From Amphiscolops sp. MND2022 (taxonomy: Eukaryota), in contig OZ076409.1 of the NCBI GenBank assembly GCA_964187785.1, positions 18,974,001-19,038,000 on the forward strand: 64,000 bases of DNA, given 5' to 3'. The position numbers and the translations under genes are program-made. Under the pieces are notes generated by a model that did no database searches, had not been told where the DNA came from, and saw nothing but the letters and a program-made list of their open reading frames with translations. Positions 50,305-63,520 of the stretch are shown in pieces; position 1 is the stretch's first letter, and each line of letters opens with the position of its first letter.

Positions 50305-53300
50305 ATGCCTCTATCAGATAAAGAGATATCAGATAAAGATATCACTTTTAAGTTCAGATGATCACAAGAATAAAACTAAACAACTACTTGTTTGGTGTGA
50401 AGATTTTGGTAACTATACTTCTGATAAAACAAGACATTTCCAAAGTGAAATACATTTACCGAAAAGACAACAAACTAATTTTAATCAAGGTACGCAGTCC
50501 GGTATGCGAAGCACCTCCGGTGTAAAATTGATTGTGAATGGAAAAACTTTAATGAAACTTGAAATAAATCCAAATATGAATAATCTTGAATATCACATAA
50601 ATGAATTACTTAGTAAAATATACTTTTCCCGATATAAAAATCAATTGAGTTATTTGGCTAAGTTTATAAAACACATCAACGGAGAAGAAAGTGTATTTCA
50701 CAAATGGGTAAAATCAGAAATAAATTATAATTACTCTAGTGATTAATTTTCATTTCATAACACAATAACACAGAAATTAGATGATGAACAATTGAAGGAT
50801 CAGATTTCCAATTTCAAGAAATAGAAGAAGCCGTATTAGAAATATATGAAGTTATTGATAATAAAGCATCTTCATGTATTGAATTACCACCAAGGTATAA
50901 GAATAGCCAATCAATTATAAAAATAAAAAATGATGATCAATTATGTCTTTTGTGGTGTCTATGAGCACATTTATTTCCAGTTGAGGACAATACATATAAA
51001 ATATTAAAATATGTTTTTCATATGTCTACTTTGTGTTTGGAAGATTTAGAACTCCTAATGAAAGTTAAAGATATTTCTAAGTTTGAAAGACTTAATAGAA
51101 TAAATATAAGTGTAATTGAACTAAACGGAACAGTTTTAACACCAGTGTACATTAACAAAAGTTACTTGCAACCACAAAAAGATTTGTTTTTGTATGAAAG
51201 TCACTTTTGTCTCATATTAAAGTTGCATTCTTTAATTAATAATAATTCACACATGAACCATGTATGAAAAAGATGTTTAACGGCATTTAGTTCAGAACTG
51301 GTTCTAATTGATCATATAGAAAGATGTATAAAACAGCAATCAACTAAAATCAGTGTCAGTTGAATGGATCATCTAATGTTTGAAGACCACCACATGAAAA
51401 TACCTTTACCAAAAAGAGTATATGCAGATTTTGAATGTTCCAATCAACCCCAAAAATATCCACATAATCCCAACGTGTTGTTCAAACAAATACCTAATAC
51501 AGTAGGATTTCATCTAATTTCACTATTTGGAAACAAGTATTACCCACACTTCGGCGAAGGTTGTGTAAAATGGTTTGTAAATGAAATGTTGACACTAAAA
51601 AAATTGCATCGGAATATTTTAAATCAATTTTACCACTACATAAACTCCTCAAGAAGAAGTAAAAATCCAACAATCCAACGTGTGTTGGTTATGTGAAGAG
51701 CCTTTTTCACAAAACACAGCAACGCTGGCTTGGCATATAGATAAAGTTCGAGACCACGATCATCTAACAGGACAATACAGAGGGGCAGCCCATTCTAATT
51801 GTAATGTAAATGTAAAACAAAAACTATCAAAATTTGTTCCCATATTTTTCCACAACTTCTCTGGGTATGATTGTCATCTTATATTTTAACAACTCTTAAC
51901 ACAAGCTTTCAAAATGGGGAATTGTTTAGGTTTTCTAGACTCATACCGTTTTCTTTCATCTAGTTTGGATAAATTAGTTAGGAGTACAAACAGTTTCCCA
52001 ATAACACAAAGTCCCTTTGGAATGGATGAAAATTGTCTTGATGATGAATTATTAAAAAAGAAATTGGCCTATCCTTATGAATACTTTACGCAAAGTGCCT
52101 TCGGTAATTTTCAAGAACCATTAATTCTAACAAAAGAAGACTTTTGGTCAACACTAAAACAAAAAACCCCTTCAGATGAAGAAGTTGACTGTACACAAGA
52201 AATTTTTAAAAAGTTTAATACAAAGAATGGACAAAATTTAAATACGTTATACTTGAAAATGGATGCTCTACAATTAGCTGAAGTCTTTGAGAATTTTGTG
52301 CAAACATCCACTGAAGAGTACGGCATCAATCCATTATACTCATACTTAACTCCTGGATATTCGTGGAAAACTGGTTTAAAAATGACCAAAATCAAATTAG
52401 ATTTTATAAAAGACAAAAATTATTATCACTTTTAGAAAATATTATACGTGGGGAATTTCAAGTGTTATGGGTGATTGGCATGTTGTATCGGCTGTCATCA
52501 AACAAACCTTATACACTGATGCAAATAATCTATTTGGATAGGCTTTGAGTCAATACCTTCCTACTGGCCAATTCGAAAAATTACCTTTTAATCCGAATAA
52601 CTACACGCAAAGCGCCTCCGGTAAAAATAGTTATAATCAACAGCCATTAGTGAAAGATTTATTACAAATACCACATGATAATGAATGTGCATTTTTTACA
52701 CAATTTGATTTAGAATATCCACGAAATATGAAAGAAAAAAGTAAAATTTTTCTTCATGTCCATATCAAGTAGAAACTAATTGTCAGTTAAATTTCAGATT
52801 ATATGAATTTTGTTAAACAACCGAAATCCAAACCAACCCAGAAGCTTGCGTGTGACCTAACAAACAAACAAAATTTTTAATACACTACAGGATGTTCAAA
52901 TTTTACATCAACATGGGTATGAAAGTAACAAAGGTACATACAATCTACCGCTTCAAACAAAGTAAATGGTTAGTAAAATACATTAATCATAACATCCAAA
53001 AACGCATCAAAGCAAAACCAAACGTTGAAAAAGACCTGTACAAATTAAGGAAGAATGCTTTCTTTGGGAAGACTATAGAAAATGTAAGAGTTACAACTAA
53101 TCTAGAATTCATTGATCCTTCTCAATTAGACCAAATAACAAAAAGACAATCCAAAGTAAGTTTCAAAGGAATCATTAACTTGTATGAAAACGTTAGTGTG
53201 GACAAGTTTGATAAGGAAAAAACAGTTTCTGATGAACCAATTTATTTGGAATTCTCTGTGCTAGAATTGAGTAAACTCTTAATGTATGAATTGTAATATC

Positions 53301-53810
53301 ATACTTCCTACTATCAACCATATAGGCAAAGTAAAGTATATGGATTATGACAACCATATTATTGTTTTATCAACCATATTGGCAAAATAAAGTATATGGA
53401 TTATGACAGTTTTGTTCTTAGCTTTGATACAAACAACCAACATTTGTTAGAGTTTCAACAACAAAACAAAGATGAATTTGATTTCAGTGAATTAGATAAA
53501 TCCAATGAATTATATAATCCTAATAATGAAAAAATTATAGGAAAAATGAAATTGAAACAAGTCCAGTAGTAGTAAGAGGTAGCTTCACAGCTTTACGATC
53601 AAAATCATATTCTTTTTCATACAAAGCTATTCGACAAGCAAAACAAAAAGGACTACAAAAACCCCCGAATGTGAAGATTATATCCGATGTTTGTTCATTT
53701 CTAAAACAACAAATGCAACAATTTATTCAATTCGTTCAAACTCACATCAATTATCAGTTGAAAAACAAAACAAACTAGTTTTGAATCTGTTTGATGATAA
53801 ACGTATGTAA
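50305..53810 (+). pseudogene. Protein-primed family B DNA polymerase with an inserted endonuclease VII-like domain
   Basis: SSCIELP..IKNDDQLCLLWC; VYADFEC (ExoI); CWLC..VRDHDHLTGQYRGAAHSNCN; FHNFSGYD (ExoII); FLDSYRF; YPYEY; YLKMD (ExoIII); DANNL (motif A); KLRKNAFFGK (B); YMDYDSF (C); LRSKSY; FDDKR. Confidence 0.92.
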
Positions 53811-54126
53811 CAAGTCGATTGTCCATGTTTATATTGTTTGAAGTTTATACTTTTAAATCATGAAGAATTAACTAAAAATAAAAAAGATGAAGATTTTTTT
53901 ATACATGGTATTGGAAAGAAAATTTAACTAACCCATCAACAGTTTTAAAATTGATAAGTGATCGAGCACATCTTTTATAATTTTAAATCTTTTAAAATAT
54001 ATTTTTCAAATAAGGAATCTCTGATATCATTATTTGATATGTATATTTTATTTTAATCATTCAAATATTATATTTTCATCATTTATTTATAAATATTATA
54101 ATTTCAACAATTTTATACAAATTTGT

Positions 54127-55440
54127 TTATACTAAATCGAAATGCTTTTGTCCATCACTACTAATACCTATCAGCTTGGGTGATAGTAGAAGGAAATACG
54201 CTATATAGTCTGCTACATTAATGGCATCACTGAAAATAAATTCCAATCTGATAGAATGACTCGCAATAAGATCTTTTCCTTTAGATTAGTCAAATACATA
54301 AAAATCATAACTTGTCAAGGAATTTTGCAAATCAATAAATGACCTCAATAGGTTAGTTTCACTTTTTAACCGATAGAAGGATTCTATTTCTTGATATGCG
54401 TCACAGTAGTTGTTTCTGTCGTTGTCACATTCAATTCCATCAACAAGGATATTTTTTTGATCTTCTAAAAGAAGATCAAAAAAATATCAAACAGCATTTG
54501 AAATATGTAAACGATCAAATATTGAATTATCATGTGTTTACGAATGAATTTTGGTACTAGTTTGAAATCCAACTATTACGAAAGTTGGTGTTGAATCTCC
54601 ACTGTTCCCCAAGTCGAAGGTCCAAATATCATTAGTGTTTACATCTTTTCTAGAAACAATAGGTTCCATGTAATACAATTCAGTTGGATTTTTATTCATT
54701 AACTAATCCATCATAATTTGTTGGTTTTCTGAGCTGGGTGTAAAGTGTGGAATATGCCAACCAATATCTTTCAATATTTTCCAATTTTTGCAGCATCTAC
54801 TCCTGCAGTACGAATGATAGGGTCGTTATTGTTATTTCGTTTTAGAGTAAGGGTATGACCCAAACCATGTGTTACTTCTTTCGTTCAGCAAACCCAAACA
54901 AATCATATAGTTTGATGTTCTTAAAGAATATTCCTTTCTCTGTCTAATTGTTTGCTAGTTCTTGTCTTCTGATAGTGACTGATTCTTCATCAATTCGCTG
55001 GTTTGGTGTTGGGAAGTTAGAAGTTTTTGCATTAAACTTATAATATGTGTATTATCCACTTTTTCCAAATGTTTCCCAGAATTTGTTGTCAGCTTAGCTT
55101 CACTAAATAAAGCAACAGGCCCAAAGTTCACTAGGGCNNNNNNNNNNNNNNNNNNNNNNNNNNNNNNNNNNNNNNNNNNNNNNNNNNNNNNNNNNNNNNN
55201 NNNNNNNNNNNNNNNNNNNNNNNNNNNNNNNNNNNNNNNNNNNNNNNNNNNNNNNNNNNNNNNNNNNNNNNNNNNNNNNNNNNNNNNNNNNNNNNNNNNN
55301 NNNNNNNNNNNNNNNNNNNNNNNNNNNNNNNNNNNNNATTTTTGATTGTAGCTTAACTATTTGGACTATATTTTCTAAAATCAATTTTATGAATAGGTTT
55401 TTCAAGAGCATATTTGATTTTCATTGAAAAAAATTCCATT
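54127..55440 (-). pseudogene. Major capsid protein (double jelly-roll; PY/hexon-like), spanning the N gap
   Basis: Manual translation: KIDFRKYSPNS (N-terminus), DLFGFAE, GHTLTLKRNNNND, IGWHIPHFTPS, PTFVIVGFQT, IFDRLHISNA, NNYCDAYQE, FYVFD, ISSDGQKHFDLV*. Confidence 0.72.
55138..55337. other. Assembly gap (200 N)
   Basis: Run of N. Confidence 1.
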
Positions 55441-55539
55441 TGTTCCAGAAAAAAAATCAATTTTTTAAGTTTATATTCATGTGCGAAGCTTAGAATTTCA
55501 TTCTAATGGTATTTTTACAAAATAAGGTTAGCCTATAAA

Positions 55540-56335
55540 AAGAAACTCAGAATTTAGTTTAGCTTTTTTATTCTTATACACATCGTATGCTTGCTTTAGT
55601 TTGTTGTATACAGTTAGATCTGTTCTATCGTCTTCTAGACACATTGTGTGTAGCTTTTGGAAGTGGTTTAAAGTTCCACCAGCAAGTGTATATTTTTAAA
55701 TATTGTGTTGTCCTTTTCTTTTCAAATACTCACCAATAAGCTTACTGAATATGCATACGCCTGCACCTATACCACTTCTGCACCTATACCACCTATACCA
55801 GCTCCACCAATACTAAAATTCCATCAGTATACTGATTTAAACCGTTTATAAATTTATATGTTACCTTTTCTTGATCAGCAAACCCAAATAAATCACTTAG
55901 TTAGATCTGTTTTATCGTCTTCTAGACACATTGTGTGTAGCTTTTGGAAGTGGTTTAAAGTTCCACCAGCAAGTGTATTTTTTTAAACATTGTGTTGTCC
56001 TTTTCTTTTCAGATACTCCTCAATAAGCTTACTGAATATGCGTACACCTGCACCTATACCACTCCTGCACCTATACCACCTATACCACCTCCACCAATAC
56101 TAAAACTCCATCAGTTTATTGAATTAAACCGTTTATAACTTAATATGTTTTAGATTTCTTTATATACTTTCTATCTTCATCATTATAAAAATTTTAAAAA
56201 TCTTTTATATTTTGAATGGAATTATTAAAACTATTTCTTTTTTTCAATCGTGTATCTAAACCATCTGGATGCGCTTCGCGTGAACTAGGATATACATTTT
56301 CACTCTTTTGTTTTATTTAAAAACTTGTTTTCCAT
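55540..56335 (-). pseudogene. Small glycine-zipper membrane-active protein of the type seen in adintoviruses, with an internal ~250-bp duplication
   Basis: FYNDEDRKYIKK, IGGGGIGGIG..GIGAGV..SKLI and YTLAGGTLNHFQKLHTMCLEDD occur in two copies (about 55612-55860 and 55900-56150). Confidence 0.5.
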
Positions 56336-56379
56336 TTTTATTTATAAAAATATTTACAATTTTAATTTCCATAAAGTAT

Positions 56380-57051
56380 GAAACTAAGCTCAGTTTCAGT
56401 TAGTTCCATTCTATATTTGAGGTCAACAGTATCTTTGTATTCGTCTTTTTACAAGCACTTCACGATATCTTCTCCCGTTGAATAGTCCATGTTTGATAAA
56501 TAACCCACACCATCTGATGACTTTATTTCTGTTCCGAATTTTTCAAGCAAGTATTGGTTTGTAAAGGTCAATTACGACTGGAACATTTGGTCATTATTTT
56601 CAAATGAGTCACACAATCCTTCATTATATAGTAATTGAATAGTATCTTTGACTGCTTCACTTTTACATTTTTCCAGTTCTAAAAAAAGGTCCCTCTGAAA
56701 GTGATTACGTAAAATGGTTTCTTGTTCTTCTACTAACTTGGAAGCATCCAAAATAAATTCTTTCTTCTTTTTTTCTAATATTTTGTTTTCAATATCTTGT
56801 TGTAAATACTTCAAATTTAATTTTATATCTTCTTTGTATTTAGTTATATCTTAGAATATCTTTACATTGACTACTACCTTGGTTTCACCGTCGACAAAAT
56901 TATTTTCTTGTATTTTTTCTAATTTATCAGACATGCCGAAGGTGCTTCGCATATCTTTAAGTTTTATGGTAATTAATTTGGTTTGTGATTCCAATTCTTT
57001 TTCTGAATTCTCATTTTTATCTTTTTGCAAGCTCTCGGCACTAGAACTCAT
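56380..57051 (-). pseudogene. Polinton ORF of unknown function (coiled-coil, Lys/Glu-rich)
   Basis: Track ORFs 56851-57051 and 56572-56814 are collinear; the start lies in a TAAATG context. Confidence 0.4.
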
Positions 57052-57139
57052 TTATGAATTTCCATTTTTTATTTAGGTATAATCACTCAAATTGATGGAA
57101 AATATTCATACTCTCTAACCCTTTCTGGTTATATTCAGA

Positions 57140-57928
57140 GTAGAATACACTTCTTAGAAGTTCGTGTTCATAAAATTTTCCTCGAATAATTTCTCCAATT
57201 TCACCTTCCAGAGTATAAGTTACTGGATTCGTTTAGGTCATTTTATGTGTTTAAAAAAGTTCTCTGTTCCAATTTGTTGTTTAACCTTTAATATATAAAT
57301 TGCGTTTATCAGGAACTCTTACAAATTCTCCCACTTGGAATTAAGGTAAATTACAATTTTTGCAAGGTACTAGACTAGGTATTGGTTTGTCATTACTGGC
57401 TTCAAATGGTGTCATTTTTGTTGTACCATAAACACGATTAGTATATTTTTCCGAAGCAGCGTCAAGATGATTCAACCAACAAGCTTAACCTTCAATATAC
57501 ATTGGTTCTTCGATAAGGTCCAAAAATGTTCAACTGAAGCGTTCAACAAAAACAGCTTTCAAACCTGAATTAGTTGAATAAATTTGAATGTTTAGCTCTT
57601 CAAGAAAATCTAAAAATGTTTTGTTTTAAACTCTTTACCTCTATCTGACCAACTTTTATGAGGTTTTTTTTGCTTTTTCAATAAGACTTTTTCATGCAGT
57701 TGTTGTACTTTTGCCTGATTTACGAGGATTCGCCCATGCATATTTAGTATGGTTATCAATTATTGTGAAAATAAATTTGAAGTGGTTATTGTATTTTGAT
57801 AAGCTAGACCGGTCTATCAGATCAATACTCCAACACCCATCTTTATAGTGAGTTTGTATTTGAACCCTTTGAAGCTTCTTAATTACAGGAGAGAATATTT
57901 CTTTCGCAGTTTCTTTTTTCATATTCAT
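57140..57928 (-). pseudogene. Retroviral-like (rve) integrase of Polinton type
   Basis: WSIDLID, FIFTIIDNHTKYAWA, WSDRGKEF, KAVFVERF, KMTPFEAS, FQVGEFVRV, TNW..ELF, TNPVTY, GKFYEHEL. Confidence 0.88.
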
Positions 57929-58069
57929 TCTTTATTTTGGAATTTTTCACCTAATCGGTGAAACAGCTTCGCTGGCTTCGCATACCGACGGCGCTTCGCG
58001 TAAAGTTTTTATACTGTATCGGAGACGCTTCGCGTTCCGGAGGCGCTCCGGGTATTTTGTTCTTTATAA

Positions 58070-59010
58070 ATGAATAAAAAATTTATATAGGTTTATAATG
58101 TGAATTTTTATTATAATTTTATTATTTTCTCGGTATCATATTAGATCTGGATTTTACAAAAAATCATACCAAAAACCAAGACTATTCACGGGATTTAAAC
58201 ATTTTCCTTTAACTTATCAACCAGAAGAAGAACCCCAATTCAAGCCAATCAGTAATACAAATTGTCATATGTTGATTTAATGTACTAGTAGGTCAGGTAA
58301 GACATCTTTCCTAAAGAATCATTTTGATCAAACTGAATCAATTTTTATAGTATTCGGTAGAGATGAAACTGAGTCTCCTGATAATTATGTAGCTTTGTTG
58401 CAGTTAGAAAACATCAATATTGAATCACTTGCTAATAAAAATATAATTTTAGAAGATGCAGGTGCTTATAAAAAGCCTAAAACAAAAGTAAAGAACTTAT
58501 TACGGTTTGGTAGACATCTTAATATACGAGTTATTCAACTTGCACACTATGCAAATGGTGTTCTCCCAATAAAGAGAGAGAACTGTTTCAGGTTATTTAT
58601 AACAATTACCAACCAAGAGAGTTTCTATGAAACAATTACAAACACATGTTCAATCAAAGATCTCAATTGGAAATATACCACGATCAATTAGAATTCGAAA
58701 TAATTGAATCTGATGCTAGATCGCAAAACTTAAAGATACTCAACCAGAAGTATCAGGTAGTAAATGATACAACTAAACATAAATGAAGTCCCGAGGATTA
58801 TGTAAAATCAGAAAGTTATTTCTTTACTGGTGATAAGTATAACAGATTAACAAAACAAAAGAAACAACTCCTGAGAATGTGGCTTATTATTATGTGGAGT
58901 TTTGTAAACAAAACAAAATGAACGTAAATGAATCTAAAATACACAATTATATAGAGCCTATGCAACAACCACTAATTTGAGACTCACTCAAAAAGGAAGT
59001 TAAGAATATA
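58070..59010 (+). pseudogene. A32/FtsK-like P-loop ATPase 1 with a hydrophobic N-terminus
   Basis: TSRSGKTSFL (Walker A, ~58285), NIILED (Walker B), LLRFGRHLNIRVIQLAH and IKRENC. Confidence 0.7.
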
Positions 59011-59265
59011 ATATTAACTCAGCAAATTAGGTTTAGTCAAAGTGACTAAATATGCTAAAATATATTCAAATAAAATTAATAATACAGCAAAGCTGGCTTC
59101 GCATATATAAATAGAATGAAATTTAATTAAATAATACATAATTTTTTTAAAATAATAGATCTGATATCTTAGTGTTTTTTCATTCACTAGGAGCATATAC
59201 ATGAGCACTAAGCCTATAGGCTACACTTGAAAAGATTTGCTGTTAGTAATTTTTCAATTAAGTAA

Positions 59266-60198
59266 ATGAAGTGTTTAATTTGTGGTGAAAGTAGTGAAAA
59301 GTCGTTATGCGATGATTGTAATAAGAAAAAAAAATGTAAAGAGCGTAGTACACAGAAAACAGATTTTTATAAGTGTAAGAAAAATAAAAAATATAGAACA
59401 TGCAAAGAATGTTTTAACAAAAAACTAAAATGTGAATACTGTGATCGTGAATTCAAAAAAAACGCATGTTTATCAAAACATCTTGAAAATTTTCATTTGA
59501 ATAATAAAATTACAAACAATTTTATAAAAAATAAGGATGATCAAAATAATTTTATGAATAACAATGATGACGAAAGTAATAATAATTTTATAAACAATTT
59601 TATATATAATAGTGAAAATTATAATAATAATAACGAAAAAAACTATGAAAAAACTGAAGGTGCTTTGCATAATAGAACATTAATAGTTGGTCCATCTTTT
59701 TGTGGAAAGACTCATTTTTTTTTGAAAAAATTACAAATAATTCGACTGGATAATCTTGAACAAAAAATACCTATCAGTACGAGAAGTCCTGAACATTATA
59801 CAGGTTTCGAAATAGAAGATGTTTCAGTGGAAGAAGATCCAGAAGATAGAACAATACAAGATTTTCAAAACTGTTGTTTTGTATTTGATGATATGTTGGA
59901 TAGTAATCAAAAACTAATAGTTCCATTTTTACTAGAGGAAGAACAATTAGGAACAACTCGAATAAAATAATTTTATTTCAACAAACCTTAATTGATGTAG
60001 AAGATATTTATAGAGACATAGCTGGGTTTGATACGTTTTATGATGAATTCGAAGAATTATGCAGCGACTCCTGGAAAGAAAAAGATAATTATTTAAAAAT
60101 GAATAGGTGAGAAGATAAAAATGGTAAAAAAATATAGGCTTTGTAGTGAATCTAATCCAGAGTATAAAATCTTTAATCCACAAACTGATCCTTTCTAA
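59266..60198 (+). pseudogene. A32/FtsK-like packaging ATPase 2 fused to N-terminal zinc fingers and an Asn-rich linker
   Basis: CxxC pairs and CEYC..KHLENFH; RTLIVGPSFCGKT; CFVFDDM; frameshifted PFFTRGR; then IILFQQTL..IYRDIAG..EFEELC..W. Confidence 0.8.
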
Positions 60199-61215
60199 TT
60201 GAAAGAGCTTGTGATTTTTTGTTGTTGATTTGTTATTATACATTCATATTCCAGGAGTTCATCAACAATTGCTATGACTTGTTCAATGAGTTTGGGATTA
60301 TCATTTCCTCCTACTTTTTCAAAGTAAAGTAGTTTTAATTGATCTACTAGCTCATCTGGATCAGATGGAAGAAAGATATACAGCAACGCTGGCGTCGCAT
60401 AAATCGGAGAGTTACCCCTACTAGAGGTATACTGATATAATCCACTCCCTAATTGAGGTCGAAATAATTATTTAAAAATTTATATCTACTTGATTTTTTA
60501 TCGCCATAATTCAGATCATATTTCATATCACTCAAAAAGTATAAGTTAAGCCCACGTTTTGTATTTCTCTATCAAATTGTGTTTTAGTTATAAAATACGA
60601 AAGTTCTGGATCATTCAAATTATATGTGTTACCATTCTGGAAAGTGATCGTTGAACCTTTGATTATTACTTGTTGAAGATTAGTATTAGGATTAATCATG
60701 AATAAATTTGGATTACATTCCACGGGATCTAATCTTCGTTGACTTTGGGTGTTGAGGAGGTTAGAAACTATTTTAACGATACTAAAATCGACTTGGTTTG
60801 GATGAACAAGATCTGTAACAAGTTGATTATTACGGTTGGTATTTTCGTTATATTTTTCTATTCCTTCTTTAACTGGTTTTTGTATATTTTCATTTAAAGT
60901 TTTAGTAGATTCTTGAATAGTTTTCGTTATTGTTTGAGAAAAATCTCGCAGTGGTCGGGTTTGCTGGTCAATAGATTGTATTTGATTTTCTGCTTGTTGT
61001 TGAATTTGTTTTGGGCATTGTTTCTGGTTTTCAGTAACGGGTTCAAAAATTTCTTCAATATCGTAATGAAAGTCTTGCTTCCCAAGTTTCTCTTTCAATC
61101 TTTCTTGCCGAGTAGAGATTTTGTTTCTTGCAATATTTTTGCTTTTCTAAATCATCTCGATTGTGAATTGAATACAATTTTTAAAGATAATAATTTTGAT
61201 ATTAAACTTATTTAA
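60195..61215 (-). pseudogene. Conserved Polinton protein (PZ-like)
   Basis: C-terminal IFLPSDPDELVDQLKLL..GGNDN..VIAIVDELLEY and N-terminal LGKQDFHYDIEEIFEPVT, both recurrent in Polintons. The PZ label is from memory. Confidence 0.6.
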
Positions 61216-61219
61216 TGTA

Positions 61220-61624
61220 TCAATTAATGAATTTTAGCCCAATATAAGCCCTTTTTTGATGAACAAATTTTATAAAACCAGGAGCAGTTGCAGCAAAAAG
61301 TTTTAGATTTTTATTTGCTGCTGCAGTACCATTATTTGCCGCTATTTCGAGCGCTCTTCCAGGATTGTTTAATATTTTCTTTCTAACGTTCTTTGCAGCT
61401 TTTCCTTGATGTTTGAAAAAATCACCCAGTCTTTCTGCTTGTATTGTTTGATCTGTTACTAAAGGTGACTTATTTCTTTTACAAGTGGAACAAGTACCTC
61501 TTAATTGTTTAACTGGCAAGCCAAATTTCTTATTTTGCGTAATATCTCCATAAATACTTGTGGTAGCAGAATAATGTTTTCCACCAAGACAATATGAATT
61601 ACATTTAAAGTTATTGAAGCTCAT
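61220..61624 (-). CDS. Small basic virion core-like protein (Zn-ribbon plus amphipathic helix)
   Basis: SYCLGGKH..RGTCSTCKRNKS followed by LGDFFKHQGKAAKNVRKKIL. Confidence 0.55.
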   Translation of the reverse strand: MSFNNFKCNSYCLGGKHYSATTSIYGDITQNKKFGLPVKQLRGTCSTCKRNKSPLVTDQTIQAERLGDFFKHQGKAAKNVRKKILNNPGRALEIAANNGTAAANKNLKLFAATAPGFIKFVHQKRAYIGLKFIN

Positions 61625-61686
61625 TTATTAGAAAAAAAACATTGATTTTTTCTAAGCTTCGCACAAACATTTGGTTTGTATTAGAA

Positions 61687-62728
61687 TTAAATCTTAACAA
61701 TTTGAATTTTAAATGTTATAGTTTTGGAGTTGAAATCAAATGCGTTATGGTTGGAGTCTTCTAGGAAACATTGAATATTATCCAGTCGTGTTTTGTTTTT
61801 TTGATACAAAATAATATTGGGTTCTTTTATAATTTCATATCCAGGAGGTGGGCTTGAATAGAAAGAAAGGGAAATTTGTTCTAGTATACCATTAACAACT
61901 GAACCATCTACACAATCACACTTCAGATTAACTTTGTCTGTGGTTGTAATCATAACTGGTTTTCTGATTTATGAGATCCTGCTGGGTAGTCGGTGTTTGT
62001 AAACCCTAAAACGATGTTAAGTTCAGAATTTAAATGTGTGTTGTTAGAGGTTGTAAAAACAGATTTCATTGACATTGTACCTGCTTGTATGTTGAGTTCA
62101 AAATCAGAATCGGAAAGTATTTGCTTGATGGTAATAGTAATATCAACTAATTCAAAAACTTCTGGTGTTAACTCCATATCAAAGAAATCGTTTTCAATTC
62201 TAAATTCTGGAATATTTAGAGTTGGTGGCATATCTCGCCCTGACTTGGTGGGGAGGGAAGAAGTTTTCGACTGTTGTATTGGCGGTTCGTTATGTTGTTT
62301 AAAAGTTTCAATTGTTTTAACTAGTTGGGTAAACATTTTTCTAGTACGTTTTTTTCTTTTTAGAATAACTATCGACTAAAAATGCATTAGCTTCTTCTAC
62401 AAATTGACTGTAGTTATTACAATTTTTAGACAAATTTGCAAGATTCGATACTAATTCGGTGTCAACTTCAAGTTCTTTAAGTTGATGAATATTCAAGAGA
62501 ATTTCTAGTTTGTTTTTCTTTTCAGTAATATTATAAACTGTATTTATCCATTGTTCTGACAGCTCCAAGGGAACATCGAAAGAAAAGATTCTTTTCGTTT
62601 AGTTATTTTAAATTCTAGAGCTTCCTGAGGTTTTGAATGTGTATTTCCAACAACATTTTGATTAGACTTTGCAATACTCAATAAGAGAGATTCTTTTTAT
62701 CATTAGTTACAAAATTTGATAGATCCAT
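61687..62728 (-). pseudogene. Minor capsid protein (penton-like, PX)
   Basis: N-terminal LLLSIAKS..THSKPQEALEFK..FDVPLEL; NTVYNITEKKNK; LGFTN; C-terminal DKVNLKCDCVDGSVVNG..PPPGYEIIKEP..FLEDSNH..DFN..ITF. Confidence 0.75.
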
Positions 62729-62911
62729 TTAGTAAGAAAAAAATGTTTAAATCCACTAGCGGATATGTTATTTATAAATTCTTGGTTTTGTTTTTATAAT
62801 TGTTTTTTCGGAATACCATTCGGATTCTTTTTATTGTTTCCAATCTCACTCGGATGATATTGTACCGGAGGGCGGCTTCGTTGTATAATTTTAAATTGAG
62901 CTGAGTAATTC

Positions 62912-63290
62912 TTAATTTTCTTCATTCAATATTTCTAAATTTTGATAATATAAATTCAATACTGCATTTTCAAAACCTATTAAATTGGTGAGATATAACA
63001 AATACAAACAATACGCTGCACAATAACTATCCTTTTTCTGAATTTGAAATTCTGAATAAATACCATTATCAATGTGATTGAGTAGGTTAGATGGAGTTGG
63101 GCATCCATTTGAATCAAAATAAAACTTATCAGAAAACTTAACCCAATGTATTCCTTTTGTTGGATGTAAGTTAACTATTCGTGCCGTCATGGCAAAATTA
63201 TCATCTCTCATGTGTATCCCACACGGGATATTTATTTCATTAAGTATTTGTTTTATTTTTACTTTAGAAGTTGCATCAATGTTTAATTCA
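62912..63290 (-). pseudogene. Adenain-like cysteine maturation protease
   Basis: IVNLH..GIHWV (His), FYFDSNG (Asp), QIQ..DSYCAAYCL (Gln, Cys). Confidence 0.85.
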
Positions 63291-63359
63291 TGTTTTCAAC
63301 AATATGATTAAATGATAAAAACACTGGCTTCGCATACCGAAAGCGCTTCGCGTGTTTCA

Positions 63360-63520
63360 TTTAGGAAAAAACTTTGTTGAAATTTTTTTCTCAGCTTTGC
63401 TTCAAGAAAAAAAATTGTTGGAAGTTTTTCTATGCTTTGTTTTAAGAAAAAATTTTTGTTGAATTTTTTTCTAAGCTTTGTTAAAAAAAATTTTGTTGAC
63501 TTTTTCTTCTAAGCTTGGCT
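63360..63520. repeat. Subterminal tandem repeat (~35-40 bp unit, about 4 copies)
   Basis: AAAAAAATTTTGTTGAATTTTTTCTAAGCTTTG-type unit repeated. Confidence 0.6.

Noticed and set aside
53310..53410. Duplicated pPolB motif C region as a functional feature
   Set aside because: A short local tandem duplication in an already pseudogenised gene, most simply post-insertion decay.
55103..55411. 102-aa ORF in the track
   Set aside because: Artefact of reading through the N gap; the capsid N-terminus is in another frame.
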